The notes below the pieces were generated by a model. That model saw only the letters and a list, made by a program, of their open reading frames with translations. It was not told the DNA's origin and did no database searches. Positions 50,817 through 60,363 of a stretch of DNA of 64,000 nucleotides are shown here, piece after piece; within the stretch, counting starts at the first letter, position 1, and every line of letters starts with the position of its first letter. The translations under genes were made by a program, and so were the position numbers. Origin of the DNA: an uncultured delta proteobacterium (GTDB taxonomy: Bacteria > Desulfobacterota > Binatia > UBA9968). The DNA lies in contig CAWJBB010000027.1 of the NCBI GenBank assembly GCA_963840855.1, positions 1-64,000 on the forward strand, written 5' to 3'.

Positions 50817-52055
50817 TTATCCTTTCGCCACTTCGTCTCGCTTTCGGTTGCAGATATCCAGCGCTGCCAACGCATAAACCTTGGTGCAATTAACCATGTT
50901 TTGTATGCCTACGCCGCGGCGCACGCCGGAGGGCGAGTCCCATTCCTCGCCGGCCTTGGTTTCCGTCGGATCGACCAGATGGGTGCCGAAACCAGGGCCA
51001 TAGGTAATCGCCGGCACGCCGTAGGCGGCGATGCGCGAACCGTCGCTGGTAATGCCGTACCGGATCGGCTTTGGATACGGCACAGGCTTGCCGAAAACCG
51101 TTTTGTGCGCCTGTGCCATCGCCTTGACGACATATTCGCTCTTGGAAATCTCGTAACCGTCTGTGGAGAGATAGAGATCGACGCGAATATCAAGAATATC
51201 GCTCTCCCGCTTTTTAACCTTCTCACAGACCGCTTCGAGGTCGCGTTTGATCGCCAGCGGCACGGCGCCGGGAAGAGTCTTCACGATGACGAAAATATCC
51301 GTCGTCGGCCGGGTGCCCGGTTTGAACGCATTGCCGCCGTCGATGGCGCCGAGCTGCACCGTGGGCAGCATGAACTTGTGTGGGTTTTTGCGTTGATATT
51401 CCTTTTCCCAGTCTTGAATTGCCTGGGCGACTTTGCAGGCGGCGAGAACGAATTTGGTCGCCCTGCCGTCGACGCTCACCCGCGCCCAGACCAAACCGGC
51501 GTTGCCGATCTGCAGGTGCAATCCGGTGGGCTCGCCGATGATGCACATATCGGCCATCACGCCATGGTCCATCAGGTAGCGCGCGCCGACCCCGGCGCCG
51601 CGGTAAGTCTTGCCTTGAAATCTGCCGATCTGCGCCTTTTCAATCTCGCCCACCACGCCGGCAATAATTAGATCGCCCTTGAGCTTGACACCGGCCTTTT
51701 TAAGCGCCGCCACCGCTTCGATGTAGCAGGGAAAAGCGGCCTTCATATTGACCAGGCCGCGGCCGTAGATGCGGTCGTCTTCGACGACGGTTTCCTGCGG
51801 ATTGTCGAAGTGGTCCATATGAGCGTTGAACATCAACGTCGCGCCGCCGCCGCTTCCCTTCAACCGACCGATGACGTTGGGCCTGCCGTCTTCGACGTAT
51901 TGATACTCGACCTCCATGCCGAGATTTGCGAATTCACTACCGAGATATTTGGCGACCGCCTCTTCCTCTCCGGTGATGCTGACGATGTTGGCAAGGTTGC
52001 ACGCCACATCGACGATGCGATCGCGGTCCACCTGTTCGAGGACGTCCTCTGCCAT
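50817..52055 (-). CDS. M20/ArgE/DapE family metallo-hydrolase
   Basis: SITGEE, RPNVIGRL, FNAHMD, YGRG..NMK, IIGEPT, YGPG. Confidence 0.85.
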   Translation of the reverse strand: MAEDVLEQVDRDRIVDVACNLANIVSITGEEEAVAKYLGSEFANLGMEVEYQYVEDGRPNVIGRLKGSGGGATLMFNAHMDHFDNPQETVVEDDRIYGRGLVNMKAAFPCYIEAVAALKKAGVKLKGDLIIAGVVGEIEKAQIGRFQGKTYRGAGVGARYLMDHGVMADMCIIGEPTGLHLQIGNAGLVWARVSVDGRATKFVLAACKVAQAIQDWEKEYQRKNPHKFMLPTVQLGAIDGGNAFKPGTRPTTDIFVIVKTLPGAVPLAIKRDLEAVCEKVKKRESDILDIRVDLYLSTDGYEISKSEYVVKAMAQAHKTVFGKPVPYPKPIRYGITSDGSRIAAYGVPAITYGPGFGTHLVDPTETKAGEEWDSPSGVRRGVGIQNMVNCTKVYALAALDICNRKRDEVAKG

Positions 52056-52348
52056 TCAATTCTCCTCTCCGAAATTTATCAGCATCAAAACGCAAAGTTT
52101 TCATCTAGCATAATTACGCCGACACTACCACGACAGGACTTGAGCTAGGAGGTTTCGACGCCGCGACGCGCGGCTCGAACATATGGCTGACAACGAAACA
52201 TTGAAAACCGATCCGTTTGCGGGCAGGATGCCAGAGAAAATTGGCGATTTTCATCTGCCGAGCGGAGAAAAGATATGGAGCGATTTCGTAGATTAGTCGC
52301 TAATAGCAATCTGCGGCCAAAGCTCGCACAGGCATACTTGAAACCTCC

Positions 52349-52519
52349 ATGGCGAGTTATCGCATAGGCACCGACATTGGCGGGACGTTCACGGATCTTT
52401 GCGTGCTCAAAGAAGAGCGAGGCGAATTTTTTAACCTCAAAGTTGCCACCACGACGAACATGAAGAACAAACTGGAGACAATTAACCGCCGAAGGTCGTC
52501 AACGAGAACCTCAAGTTGA
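52349..52519 (+). pseudogene. N-terminal remnant of a hydantoinase A/oxoprolinase gene
   Basis: MASYRIGTDIGGTFTDLCVL...FNLKVATT, then similarity is lost; stop after 56 aa. Confidence 0.8.
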
Positions 52520-52675
52520 CGCCCGCTGACGATTTGCTTAGATTGGCCACATCGTGTTGACGCCATATCGCTCTTACGGCCGATTTTTCGAACATCCGCG
52601 CGTCACCCGGCTTCAAGACTTGCGCGAGCTCGTGGGCCATCTCCGCCAACTCAATCCCTGAGACGGAGGGAAAAC

Positions 52676-53425
52676 ATGGGACAGATCGAAAACAAAGTCG
52701 CGATCGTCACCGGCGGAGGAGGCGGCATCGGCGGCGCCATTGTAAGACGCTTCGCGGCTGAAGGCGCCAAGGTCGCCATCGCGGACATCGACGGCGAGGC
52801 GGCGCAAGCGCGCGCGGCGGAAGTGGCGGCGCAGAAGGGCGACGCCATGCCTATCGTCGCCGACGTGACCAACAAAAAATCCGTGGAACAACTGATCCAG
52901 GCGACAAAAGAACGCTGGGACCGGATCGATATCCTCGCCAATGTCGCCGGCGGCGCGCTGATCAAGCCTGTCATTGAGGTCACCGAAGCGGAATGGGATC
53001 ACATTATTGACATGAACTTGAAATCGACTTTTTTGTGCTCTCAGGCGGCGCTGCCGACGATGATCAAGCAGCACTACGGCAAGATCGTGAGCATCTCGTC
53101 CATTTATGGCTTCACCGGCAACGCCACCCGCGCAAGCTATGCCACCGCCAAGGCCGGCGTCGCGGTATTCACCAAGTCTCTGGCGCTGGAAGTCGTCAGC
53201 CACGGCGTCAACGTCAACGCCATAGCGCCGGGCCGCATCTTGACCGACCGCGTGCGCAGCCACTATACCGACGAAGAATGGACCGAGCGCGTCGCGCAGA
53301 TCCCGATGAAGCGCGCCGGCCAACCTGAGGAGATCGCCAGCGCCGCCCTGTTTCTGGTGGCGGACGAGAACAACTACATCACCGGCCAGACGATCCATGT
53401 TAATGGCGCCTGGCTGAACTATTAG
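52676..53425 (+). CDS. SDR family oxidoreductase (FabG-like)
   Basis: VTGGGGGIG, NVAG, ISSI, YATAK, VNAIAPG, ITGQ. Confidence 0.92.
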   Translation: MGQIENKVAIVTGGGGGIGGAIVRRFAAEGAKVAIADIDGEAAQARAAEVAAQKGDAMPIVADVTNKKSVEQLIQATKERWDRIDILANVAGGALIKPVIEVTEAEWDHIIDMNLKSTFLCSQAALPTMIKQHYGKIVSISSIYGFTGNATRASYATAKAGVAVFTKSLALEVVSHGVNVNAIAPGRILTDRVRSHYTDEEWTERVAQIPMKRAGQPEEIASAALFLVADENNYITGQTIHVNGAWLNY

Positions 53426-53433
53426 CCGAAAGA

Positions 53434-53499
53434 AGTTTCTAGTTTCAGGTTTCTAGTTTGCGATCTAACCAGAAAACCGAAACTAGGAACTAGAAACTA
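53434..53499. repeat. Inverted heptamer array (AGTTTCT/AGAAACT)
   Basis: agtttct agtttca ggtttct agtttg ... aaccaga aaaccga aactagg aactaga aacta. Confidence 0.82.
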
Positions 53500-53515
53500 A
53501 CATGGAGGAATTCAG

Positions 53516-54241
53516 ATGTACGGATGGCGCGTAAGAATTGGCCATGTGGCTCCGTCCCGCGGGGACACATTGGTCTATGAATTTTATCAGATGTTGCCCG
53601 CCGGATTCATGATTCTAAACAGCACGGGGACGATCCGGCAATTAGTCGATGCCGACTTAGAACGGCAATTGCAACGCATCGAGGAAGCGGCCGCGGATCT
53701 GGTCGACAACAAATGCGACTCGGTCATCATCGGCGGATCACCCCTGTTTACCAAGCTCGGTTACGGTAGCGATATCGAAATGGGTAAACGCCTAACCGAG
53801 AAATATGGCGTGCCGGTCTCGCCGGGCATCACCGGGGAAATCGAAGCGTTGAAAGCTCTCAATTTGAAAAAACTGGTGGTCGCCACGCCGCACGAAGATA
53901 CGCTCAACGAACGTATGAAAGCTTTTCTCGAAGCATCAGGATTCAAGGTATTGAAAATCCAGGGTTATGGCGTCAGAAAAAACGCCGATATCACCGACAT
54001 GGACGAACATGCCGCGTACAAAATTGCCAAGCGCCTCTATGAGCAGGCGTCCGACGCCGACGGCGTTTTCGTTCCCTGCCCGCGCTGGCCGACGATCACC
54101 GACGTGGATTTGTTGGAACGGGAGATCGGCAAGCCCGTGGTCACGAGCTGCCAGGCCTACATCTGGCACGCACTGAGAATGGCCAAGGTGAAACAGTCCG
54201 TGACTGGTTATGGCACACTGATGGCGTCGCTGGCGAACTAG
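53516..54241 (+). CDS. Asp/Glu racemase-fold protein (arylmalonate decarboxylase/maleate isomerase family)
   Basis: MYGWRVRIG..PS, ATPH, FLEASGF, DADGVFVPC, LEREIGKPVVTS. Confidence 0.85.
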   Translation: MYGWRVRIGHVAPSRGDTLVYEFYQMLPAGFMILNSTGTIRQLVDADLERQLQRIEEAAADLVDNKCDSVIIGGSPLFTKLGYGSDIEMGKRLTEKYGVPVSPGITGEIEALKALNLKKLVVATPHEDTLNERMKAFLEASGFKVLKIQGYGVRKNADITDMDEHAAYKIAKRLYEQASDADGVFVPCPRWPTITDVDLLEREIGKPVVTSCQAYIWHALRMAKVKQSVTGYGTLMASLAN

Positions 54242-54330
54242 GCGTAAGGTTTAAATCAGGCAAGTCGCGAGCATCGGATTCAAAACACCTCTGCTCCCGT
54301 TTCGTTTCGATTCTTTTTACCAAAATATGG

Positions 54331-55049
54331 TTATTTCCTGCTGCCAAACACTTCTTTTAAGAGATCGTTAACCCGCGCGGCCGGGTTGGTGCGAATTTTT
54401 TTTCTTCCTGGGCGACTACGTAAAACAGTCCATCCGTCGCTTTTTCAGTAACATACTGGTTGACATCGAAGGTGATGCTTTGCGCGAACGGCACGCTCTT
54501 ATAGCGCCCGATGAGGTCGTTGTACTGGCGGTTGACGCCAACATCGTTCATGACGTTCTCGACGCTCGGACGAAACGCCGCGTGAAGTTTTTGGGACGTC
54601 TTAGACTTGAAATAATCCGTTGCCGCCGTGTCGCTGCCATTGAGAATTTTTTTCGCGTCATCGAAGTTCATCTGGCCGATGGCGTCCCAGAAAATGTCCT
54701 TGGCAAAGGGCGCCGCCTTTTCCGCCGCCCGGTTCATGCCGACGACGAACTCGTCGATCTTCGGGCCGTAGCCCACCAGGCGAAGCGGCTGTTCGATTCT
54801 TTGCAACGATTTGGGCATCAGTATTTTGATCGCCTTGTTAAGGAGAAACCCATCCAGCGTCCCGGTTTGACCCACCGCGTTTTCCGTGCCGACCTTCAAG
54901 GCCTCCTGCAACCCCGAGCCTATCTTCGCGTCGTTCAAACCGCCGCCGCCCGTGATTCCGCCCAGGCCCTTCAGAACTTTGTCGAATTGCGCCCAGGCTG
55001 GCTGAGCCACCGATAACGCCAACAGCGCCACCGCCAATAACTTAGTCAT
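54331..55049 (-). CDS. DUF4197 domain-containing secreted protein; homopolymer frameshift near 54400
   Basis: GLQEAL..G, MNRAAE.A, AATDYF, YVTEKA.DGLF; true C-terminus [18 protein letters not shown] lies in another frame. Confidence 0.88.
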
Positions 55050-55108
55050 TCAATCCTTCACTTAATCCCTGCGCGAGATACACGGCTTCGTGAGCGATAA
55101 CCGCACCG

Positions 55109-55513
55109 CTACAATGCCTCTTTAGATTGCTCTGGAAGCCGCTCGGGCAACGGGCCGCGGCGGTCACCCAGATGAAAGTCGTTTAACGCGGCGGCAAACG
55201 TGGCGTCGATCAGAAGATTCATGATTTCCCCTTGAGCGTCTTGCGGCGCGAGCCGAAATGCCGTGCGCAGCGGTTGGATCGCGGAGCGCCAGCGGCTGAG
55301 ACTGACGTAAGAACGGCCCAGGTAGAAATAGGCCTCGGCAAAGTTGGGGTCCTCTCGGGTTGCGCTTTGGAAGTAAGGGATGGCGGCCTCGAAGCTGCCC
55401 TGATTGAATAGGCTGACGCCCTGGTCAAAGCTATTCCCCGCAGCGAACCTCCGAAACGTTGCGCAACTGCTCAAAACAATCACCGCCAGCGTTAGAACTA
55501 ACGCCTTGGTCAT
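55109..55513 (-). CDS. Tetratricopeptide-repeat lipoprotein
   Basis: Lipobox LSSC; TPR pattern DPNFAEAYFYLGRSY. Confidence 0.75.
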   Translation of the reverse strand: MTKALVLTLAVIVLSSCATFRRFAAGNSFDQGVSLFNQGSFEAAIPYFQSATREDPNFAEAYFYLGRSYVSLSRWRSAIQPLRTAFRLAPQDAQGEIMNLLIDATFAAALNDFHLGDRRGPLPERLPEQSKEAL

Positions 55514-55581
55514 TATCGTACACTTCCGCGTTGGTTTTTTTGCTTAGACGAACCAGCGGAAGATTTATTTATTGGAATCGG

Positions 55582-55905
55582 CTACTTTTCGAAGGCCGAC
55601 TTGAGCATCGGCTCCAGCTCGCCGCGTTCATGGAGCTCGTGCACGATATCGCAGCCGCCGACAAACTTGCCGTCGATATAGATTTGCGGAATCGTCGGCC
55701 AGTTGGAATAGCGCTTGATTCCCTCGCGCACCTGTGCGTCTGCCAGCACATCCTCGCTCGCGAAAGGGAATCCGTAGGATCTTAAAATCTCCACGGTGTG
55801 CGCCGAAAAACCGCACTGCGGGAAATCCGGCGTGCCCTTCATGTAGACCATCACTTTATTATTTTTTACTTTATCGTCGATCTTGCTCATGACGTCTTCA
55901 GCCAT
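55582..55905 (-). CDS. grxD: Monothiol glutaredoxin Grx4
   Basis: MKGTP.FPQCGFS, WPTIPQ, GGCDI. Confidence 0.95.
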   Translation of the reverse strand: MAEDVMSKIDDKVKNNKVMVYMKGTPDFPQCGFSAHTVEILRSYGFPFASEDVLADAQVREGIKRYSNWPTIPQIYIDGKFVGGCDIVHELHERGELEPMLKSAFEK

Positions 55906-55929
55906 AAAATCTCTCCTCTTGGTTAACGG

Positions 55930-56184
55930 TCAAGCACCCAGCTTTTCCCACTGGGCGGGACTGTAAGTTTTCAGCGCCAGCGCGTGAATCCGTTGATCGG
56001 CTAGCGGCTCTTTGAGTGCCTCATTGACTATCCGATGTTGCTCCACCAAACCTTTCCCCTCGAAGGCGGACGATACGATGATCACCTGCCAATGATCACC
56101 ACCCCCGGTGAGGTCCTGGGTCTCCACCAGCGTCACAGGCAGCGCCTTGGAGAGGGTTTGTTTGATTTCTTCGGGTGTTATCAT
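55930..56184 (-). CDS. bolA: BolA/IbaG family protein
   Basis: GGGDH, FEGK..V.QHR, IHALAL.T; adjacent to grxD. Confidence 0.92.
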   Translation of the reverse strand: MITPEEIKQTLSKALPVTLVETQDLTGGGDHWQVIIVSSAFEGKGLVEQHRIVNEALKEPLADQRIHALALKTYSPAQWEKLGA

Positions 56185-56234
56185 AGCAGAATCTTACCGA
56201 GTCGGGGCGACGCTTGCAACTCATCCGAAGGGCA

Positions 56235-56299
56235 GTTCAAAGTTCCAGGTTCAAGGTTCCCGAGTTAAATCCGAAACCTTGAACATTGAAGTTTGAACT
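56235..56299. repeat. Inverted GTTCAA/TTGAAC heptamer array
   Basis: gttcaaa gttccag gttcaag gttcc ... atccgaaacc ttgaaca ttgaagt ttgaact. Confidence 0.82.
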
Positions 56300-56302
56300 T
56301 AC

Positions 56303-56806
56303 CTACCCGACCGGCCCTGCGAAATCCGGCCGGACTTTTCTCATCATTGCGCGCAGGTCCGCTCTCAACTCGTCCAATGTTGGGCGGCCGACGTACCAGT
56401 AACCGTTATAGAGATTATGAATGGTCAGGTCCGGCAGAAGCGAAAACGTATGGGGCATCGCCGTAACGCCGCGGCTCTTCGAGGTCTCGGTCATATCTAG
56501 GGCCTTGACCGCCTTGCGCTCATGATCGCTCAGAAAAGGGAACTTGGCGCCCAAACCGGTTCTGAAAGCGTCATTGACCTCCGGTGGGTCGACGCAGACG
56601 ACGGCGAGCTTGCAGTAGTTGATCTCCAATTCTTTTTGGAATTCGACGTAGTGGCGCAACTGCACCTGGCATTTCCCTCACCAGTAGCCGCGGTAGAATG
56701 TCAGGATAAACGGAAATTTGCCAACCAGCACCGAGAGCTTGGCCGATTGACCGTCTTGATCCGGCAGCTCGAGATCCGGGAACTTTTGTCCGATGGCCAG
56801 GTTCAT
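56303..56806 (-). CDS. Peroxiredoxin-like redoxin, selenoprotein (Sec43, UxxC)
   Basis: AGGAGG RBS; MNLAIGQKFPDLELPDQDG...LTFYRGYW-TGA(56680-56678)-GKCQVQL is in frame with ORF 56303-56665 (FPFLSD). Confidence 0.88.
56653..56666 (-). promoter_or_regulatory. Putative bacterial SECIS hairpin
   Basis: GGTGC-AGTT-GCGCC; loop starts 16 nt after the TGA. Confidence 0.6.
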
Positions 56807-57018
56807 AACGCACCTCCTAAATCATATTTTTCCACGCTGCTCCACTGAGATTCGCGTGGGTCCGGCGCCGATTCACACTGTTCGCAGCAGGCAGGCTATT
56901 TTTAACGAATATGCTAACTCCGGTCAATTACCAAGTTTCTGGAGATGCCGCGCATGTTCCAGGACTACGCGGGTTACGCCGCCAAGCACAAACCTCTCAC
57001 TAGTCGAGTAGATCGGTG

Positions 57019-57468
57019 TTACTGATCGGGCAGCTCCGCCGTATTCAACCAGAAGTGAGACCATAACCTCATGGCCTCGATGAGTCCGGTAAAGCTGAGC
57101 GGCTTGCACAGGTAAGAGTTTGCCCCTAAGTCATAGACGTCGCGGATATCTATCTCGGCGTCGGACACCGTCAACACTGTCACAGGAATGTGGCGCAACG
57201 CCGGGTCCTGCTTAATTTCCCGCAGCGCTTCGCGGCCGTCTTTGCGCGGCATATTGAGGTCGAGCAAAATCAATCCCGGCCGCGGCGCGCTGGCCGCATC
57301 GGCATACTTACCGCGGCGGCGCAGGTAGTCGAGCAACTCCTCGCCGTCGCCGACGACACGAATACTTTCTGCCAGATCGGACTCGGCGAGTGCCTCGCTG
57401 GTGAGCCGCTGGTCCTCCGGGTCGTCGTCGGCGATCAAGATCGTAACCGGTTTACGCCGCTTGTCCAT
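57019..57468 (-). CDS. Single-domain response regulator (Rcp1-like)
   Basis: ILIADDD, LLDLNMP, LT.S, GANSY..KP. Confidence 0.92.
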   Translation of the reverse strand: MDKRRKPVTILIADDDPEDQRLTSEALAESDLAESIRVVGDGEELLDYLRRRGKYADAASAPRPGLILLDLNMPRKDGREALREIKQDPALRHIPVTVLTVSDAEIDIRDVYDLGANSYLCKPLSFTGLIEAMRLWSHFWLNTAELPDQ

Positions 57469-59263
57469 ATGGGTTCTTTTCAAGCCTCTGTCTCAGCGGC
57501 AGGCGAACGATAAACACACTGCCTTGGCCTGGTGTGCTCCGCGCCGTGATCGTACCGCCATGACGTTCGACGATCCTCCGGCAGATCGCGAGCCCGATCC
57601 CCGATCCTTCATATTGGCCGCGCCCATGCAAGCGCTGAAACGGGTTGAAGATGCGGTCAAGATACTTTTCGTCGAAGCCGATGCCGTTGTCTTCTACGGT
57701 GATCTGGCATATGCCGCCTGGGGGTGGTTCGGTGGCCGCCGGCTCTCCTGCCGCGCTGTGGTAGCAGCTCGAAAGCTTGACCACCGGCGGCTCATCAGGA
57801 CGGCGATATTTGAGCGCGTTGCCGATGAGATTTTGCAGCAGCTGGCGCATCTGCAGCGCATCCGCCTCGATCGTGGGAAGGTCCCCGATTTCAACGCTTT
57901 CGCCGCTTTGTGTAATCTCGATTTCTAGATCCGTGACCACGTCCTGAGCCACTCGGGCTAGATCAACCGGCGCCAAAGGCGCGGTTTTTGCCGAGACCCG
58001 GGCGAGCGCCAAGAGATCCTGGATCAGCGTCCGCATTCGCCCCGCGGCGTCGATCATCCTTCCAAGGTGATCCCGACCCTGTTCGCCGAGAGTTGCGCCG
58101 CAGCTCACTTGCAACCGCTCGCCAAAGGTTTGAATTTTGCGCAGCGGCTCTTGCAGGTCATGGGAGGCCACCGTGGCGAAATGTTCCAGGTCGCGGTTAC
58201 TGTGCAACAGCTTCGCCGAAGCTTCTCGAAGAGACTCTTCCACGCGCTTGCGTCGGGATATGTCGCGAATGATAGCTGTAAAGTGCCGGCCGCTCGCGAG
58301 CTGAGTTTCACCCACGGAATATTCAAACGGAAAAGTGCTCCTATCCTGCCGCTGTCCGGCGTCTTCCCGGCCGACGGTGATAAGGCCGCGCCCAGTCTCC
58401 AAGTACCTCCCCAATCGATGTTCGCCTCTTTCCCGGCCCGCCTCGGGCATCAAGACAGTGTATATTTTCCCGATCAGTTCGTGAGCGGCGTAACCAAACA
58501 TGCGCTCTGCGGCGGGATTGAACGACTGAAGAATGCCCTTTTCGTCGAACGTGATAACAGCATCCTGAGCGGTATTCACGATCGCCCGGTTGCGCGCTTC
58601 ACTTTCCTCCAGGGCAGCTGCGGAGCGGCGTCGGGCGCTAAAATCACGCCACAAGACCACGCCCACGAGCGCGATCACGAAGACAGCGAAGCCGGCGAAA
58701 GCGACGGTCAGGTCGGCTAGCCTGCGCGCGTGCGACGTAGCCGAAGCAAGATGTTCTTTGAGCTGCCTCTCCTCATCGCGTCTCATTTCCGCCACCGCCG
58801 ATTCCAGCCGCCCCTCGATGAACTGGAGATCACCAGCGGCGGCTTGCTCTGCGGCCGGAGCTATCTTCCCGCGCCTGTACCGCGCTACCAGATTTCCTAC
58901 CTCGCCGAGTTGAGCATCGGCGAATAGCGCCAAGTCGCGCAGACGTTTTTGCTGGCGCGAATTATCGACGGTCAGGGAGCGAAAGGCATCGAGTTTGGAT
59001 GGCAGCTGGAAAAATGCCCAATCATAGAGGTCGACAAATTCTTTGTCACCGCTAAGTAAATAACCCCTCGCTCCCCGTAGAGCGTATTGCAGCAGCGATT
59101 GCAGATATTCTAATTCGTCCAGCACGACCAGGGTTTGCTCGACCCGGTGTTGGTTTACCTTCTGGGCGGCCAAATTCTGGTACGATAACGCACCTAGGAA
59201 CATCAACCCCAGCAGCGCGAGCGCAAACGGCAGAGTTATTTTCAGACCCGTGAACGGTTTCAT
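57452..59263 (-). CDS. CHASE3-PAS sensor histidine kinase
   Basis: Two TM helices around RGYLLSG..F (CHASE3), PAS (FNPAAERMFGY), ASHDLQEPLRKI, NALKY, DNGIG, GIGLAI. Confidence 0.92.
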   Translation of the reverse strand: MKPFTGLKITLPFALALLGLMFLGALSYQNLAAQKVNQHRVEQTLVVLDELEYLQSLLQYALRGARGYLLSGDKEFVDLYDWAFFQLPSKLDAFRSLTVDNSRQQKRLRDLALFADAQLGEVGNLVARYRRGKIAPAAEQAAAGDLQFIEGRLESAVAEMRRDEERQLKEHLASATSHARRLADLTVAFAGFAVFVIALVGVVLWRDFSARRRSAAALEESEARNRAIVNTAQDAVITFDEKGILQSFNPAAERMFGYAAHELIGKIYTVLMPEAGRERGEHRLGRYLETGRGLITVGREDAGQRQDRSTFPFEYSVGETQLASGRHFTAIIRDISRRKRVEESLREASAKLLHSNRDLEHFATVASHDLQEPLRKIQTFGERLQVSCGATLGEQGRDHLGRMIDAAGRMRTLIQDLLALARVSAKTAPLAPVDLARVAQDVVTDLEIEITQSGESVEIGDLPTIEADALQMRQLLQNLIGNALKYRRPDEPPVVKLSSCYHSAAGEPAATEPPPGGICQITVEDNGIGFDEKYLDRIFNPFQRLHGRGQYEGSGIGLAICRRIVERHGGTITARSTPGQGSVFIVRLPLRQRLEKNPYGQAA

Positions 59264-60363
59264 ACAAATCTGCAGGCGCCATCATTGGCCGGCAGAAAGA
59301 CCTCGAAGCGCGTCTCCCGTCCGGGATCGCTATGCACTTCGATTCTTCCGCCATGCGCTTCCACCAATGACTTGGCGATAAAAAGCCCCAAACCCGCGCC
59401 GTCCTGCCTTGCTGTGCTTCGGGCACGCTGGTATTTCGCGAAGATCAATGGAATCTCATCAGCCAAAATGCCTGGACCTGTGTCGGCTACGGTTACGACC
59501 AACCCCTGATCGCCCGCATGCGCGCTTACGGTGACCCTCCCGCCCCTGGGCGTAAACTTAAGGGCATTGGACACGAGATTGGCAAAGACCCGTTCCAGCG
59601 CCACTGGGTCGCCGTTGACCGAGGGTAGCGCGTCGGCCAAACGCAGTTCGAAAGTCAGGCCGCGCCGTTGGGCACTGATTTCATAGCGACGGTGTAGCCT
59701 TGTAATGATGTCACCCACCAGCACCGATTCCTTGCTAAGGTTCACGCCTAGCGCCTCTATCTTAGCGAAATCAAGATAATTGACCACCAGCGAATTGATC
59801 GTCAGCGCGCTATCGATGAGGTTCCGAATCAGCGCCGGCTCATGGCGGTTAGCGCCTTTCTTCGTTTCCTCGAGCAGCATGTCGGCCGAGCCAATGACAA
59901 CGTGCAACGGGCTCTTGATGTCGTGGGTCAACATCGCCACAAATTCCTCGCGCTGGCGCGCCAGTTGTTTCTCGACGCGTTTTCGCTCCACAGCGTGGCG
60001 CAGCGCGCGTTCGAGAAGCTCTCCGCTGATGCGGCCTTTCACCAGATAATCCGCGGCTCCCGCGCGCATGGCGGCAAGGTCCACTTCGCCATCGCCTTGA
60101 CCGGTCAACATCACCACCGGCGCGAAGCAACCCCTCGCCAGCGCTTCGCGCAACAACTCCAGGCCGTCGTGGGCACCCATGCGGTAATCTAAAAGATAGA
60201 CGTCATGCCGGTGGCTTGCCATGTCGTCCAGCGCGGCGTCGTAATCGGGCGTCCAATCGAGTGAGACGCGGCTCATGCCGCTTTCCGCCAGCAGATGGCG
60301 GGCGAGGACAACCTCGTCTTCGTCATCGTCGATGAGCAAGACTCTTATCGGATCGGTCAGCAA
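59260..60363 (-). CDS. Hybrid receiver-histidine kinase
   Basis: LLIDDD...LLDY receiver; THDIKSPL, NALKFT, DTGPG, GLGL. Confidence 0.92.
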   Translation of the reverse strand: MLTDPIRVLLIDDDEDEVVLARHLLAESGMSRVSLDWTPDYDAALDDMASHRHDVYLLDYRMGAHDGLELLREALARGCFAPVVMLTGQGDGEVDLAAMRAGAADYLVKGRISGELLERALRHAVERKRVEKQLARQREEFVAMLTHDIKSPLHVVIGSADMLLEETKKGANRHEPALIRNLIDSALTINSLVVNYLDFAKIEALGVNLSKESVLVGDIITRLHRRYEISAQRRGLTFELRLADALPSVNGDPVALERVFANLVSNALKFTPRGGRVTVSAHAGDQGLVVTVADTGPGILADEIPLIFAKYQRARSTARQDGAGLGLFIAKSLVEAHGGRIEVHSDPGRETRFEVFLPANDGACRFV

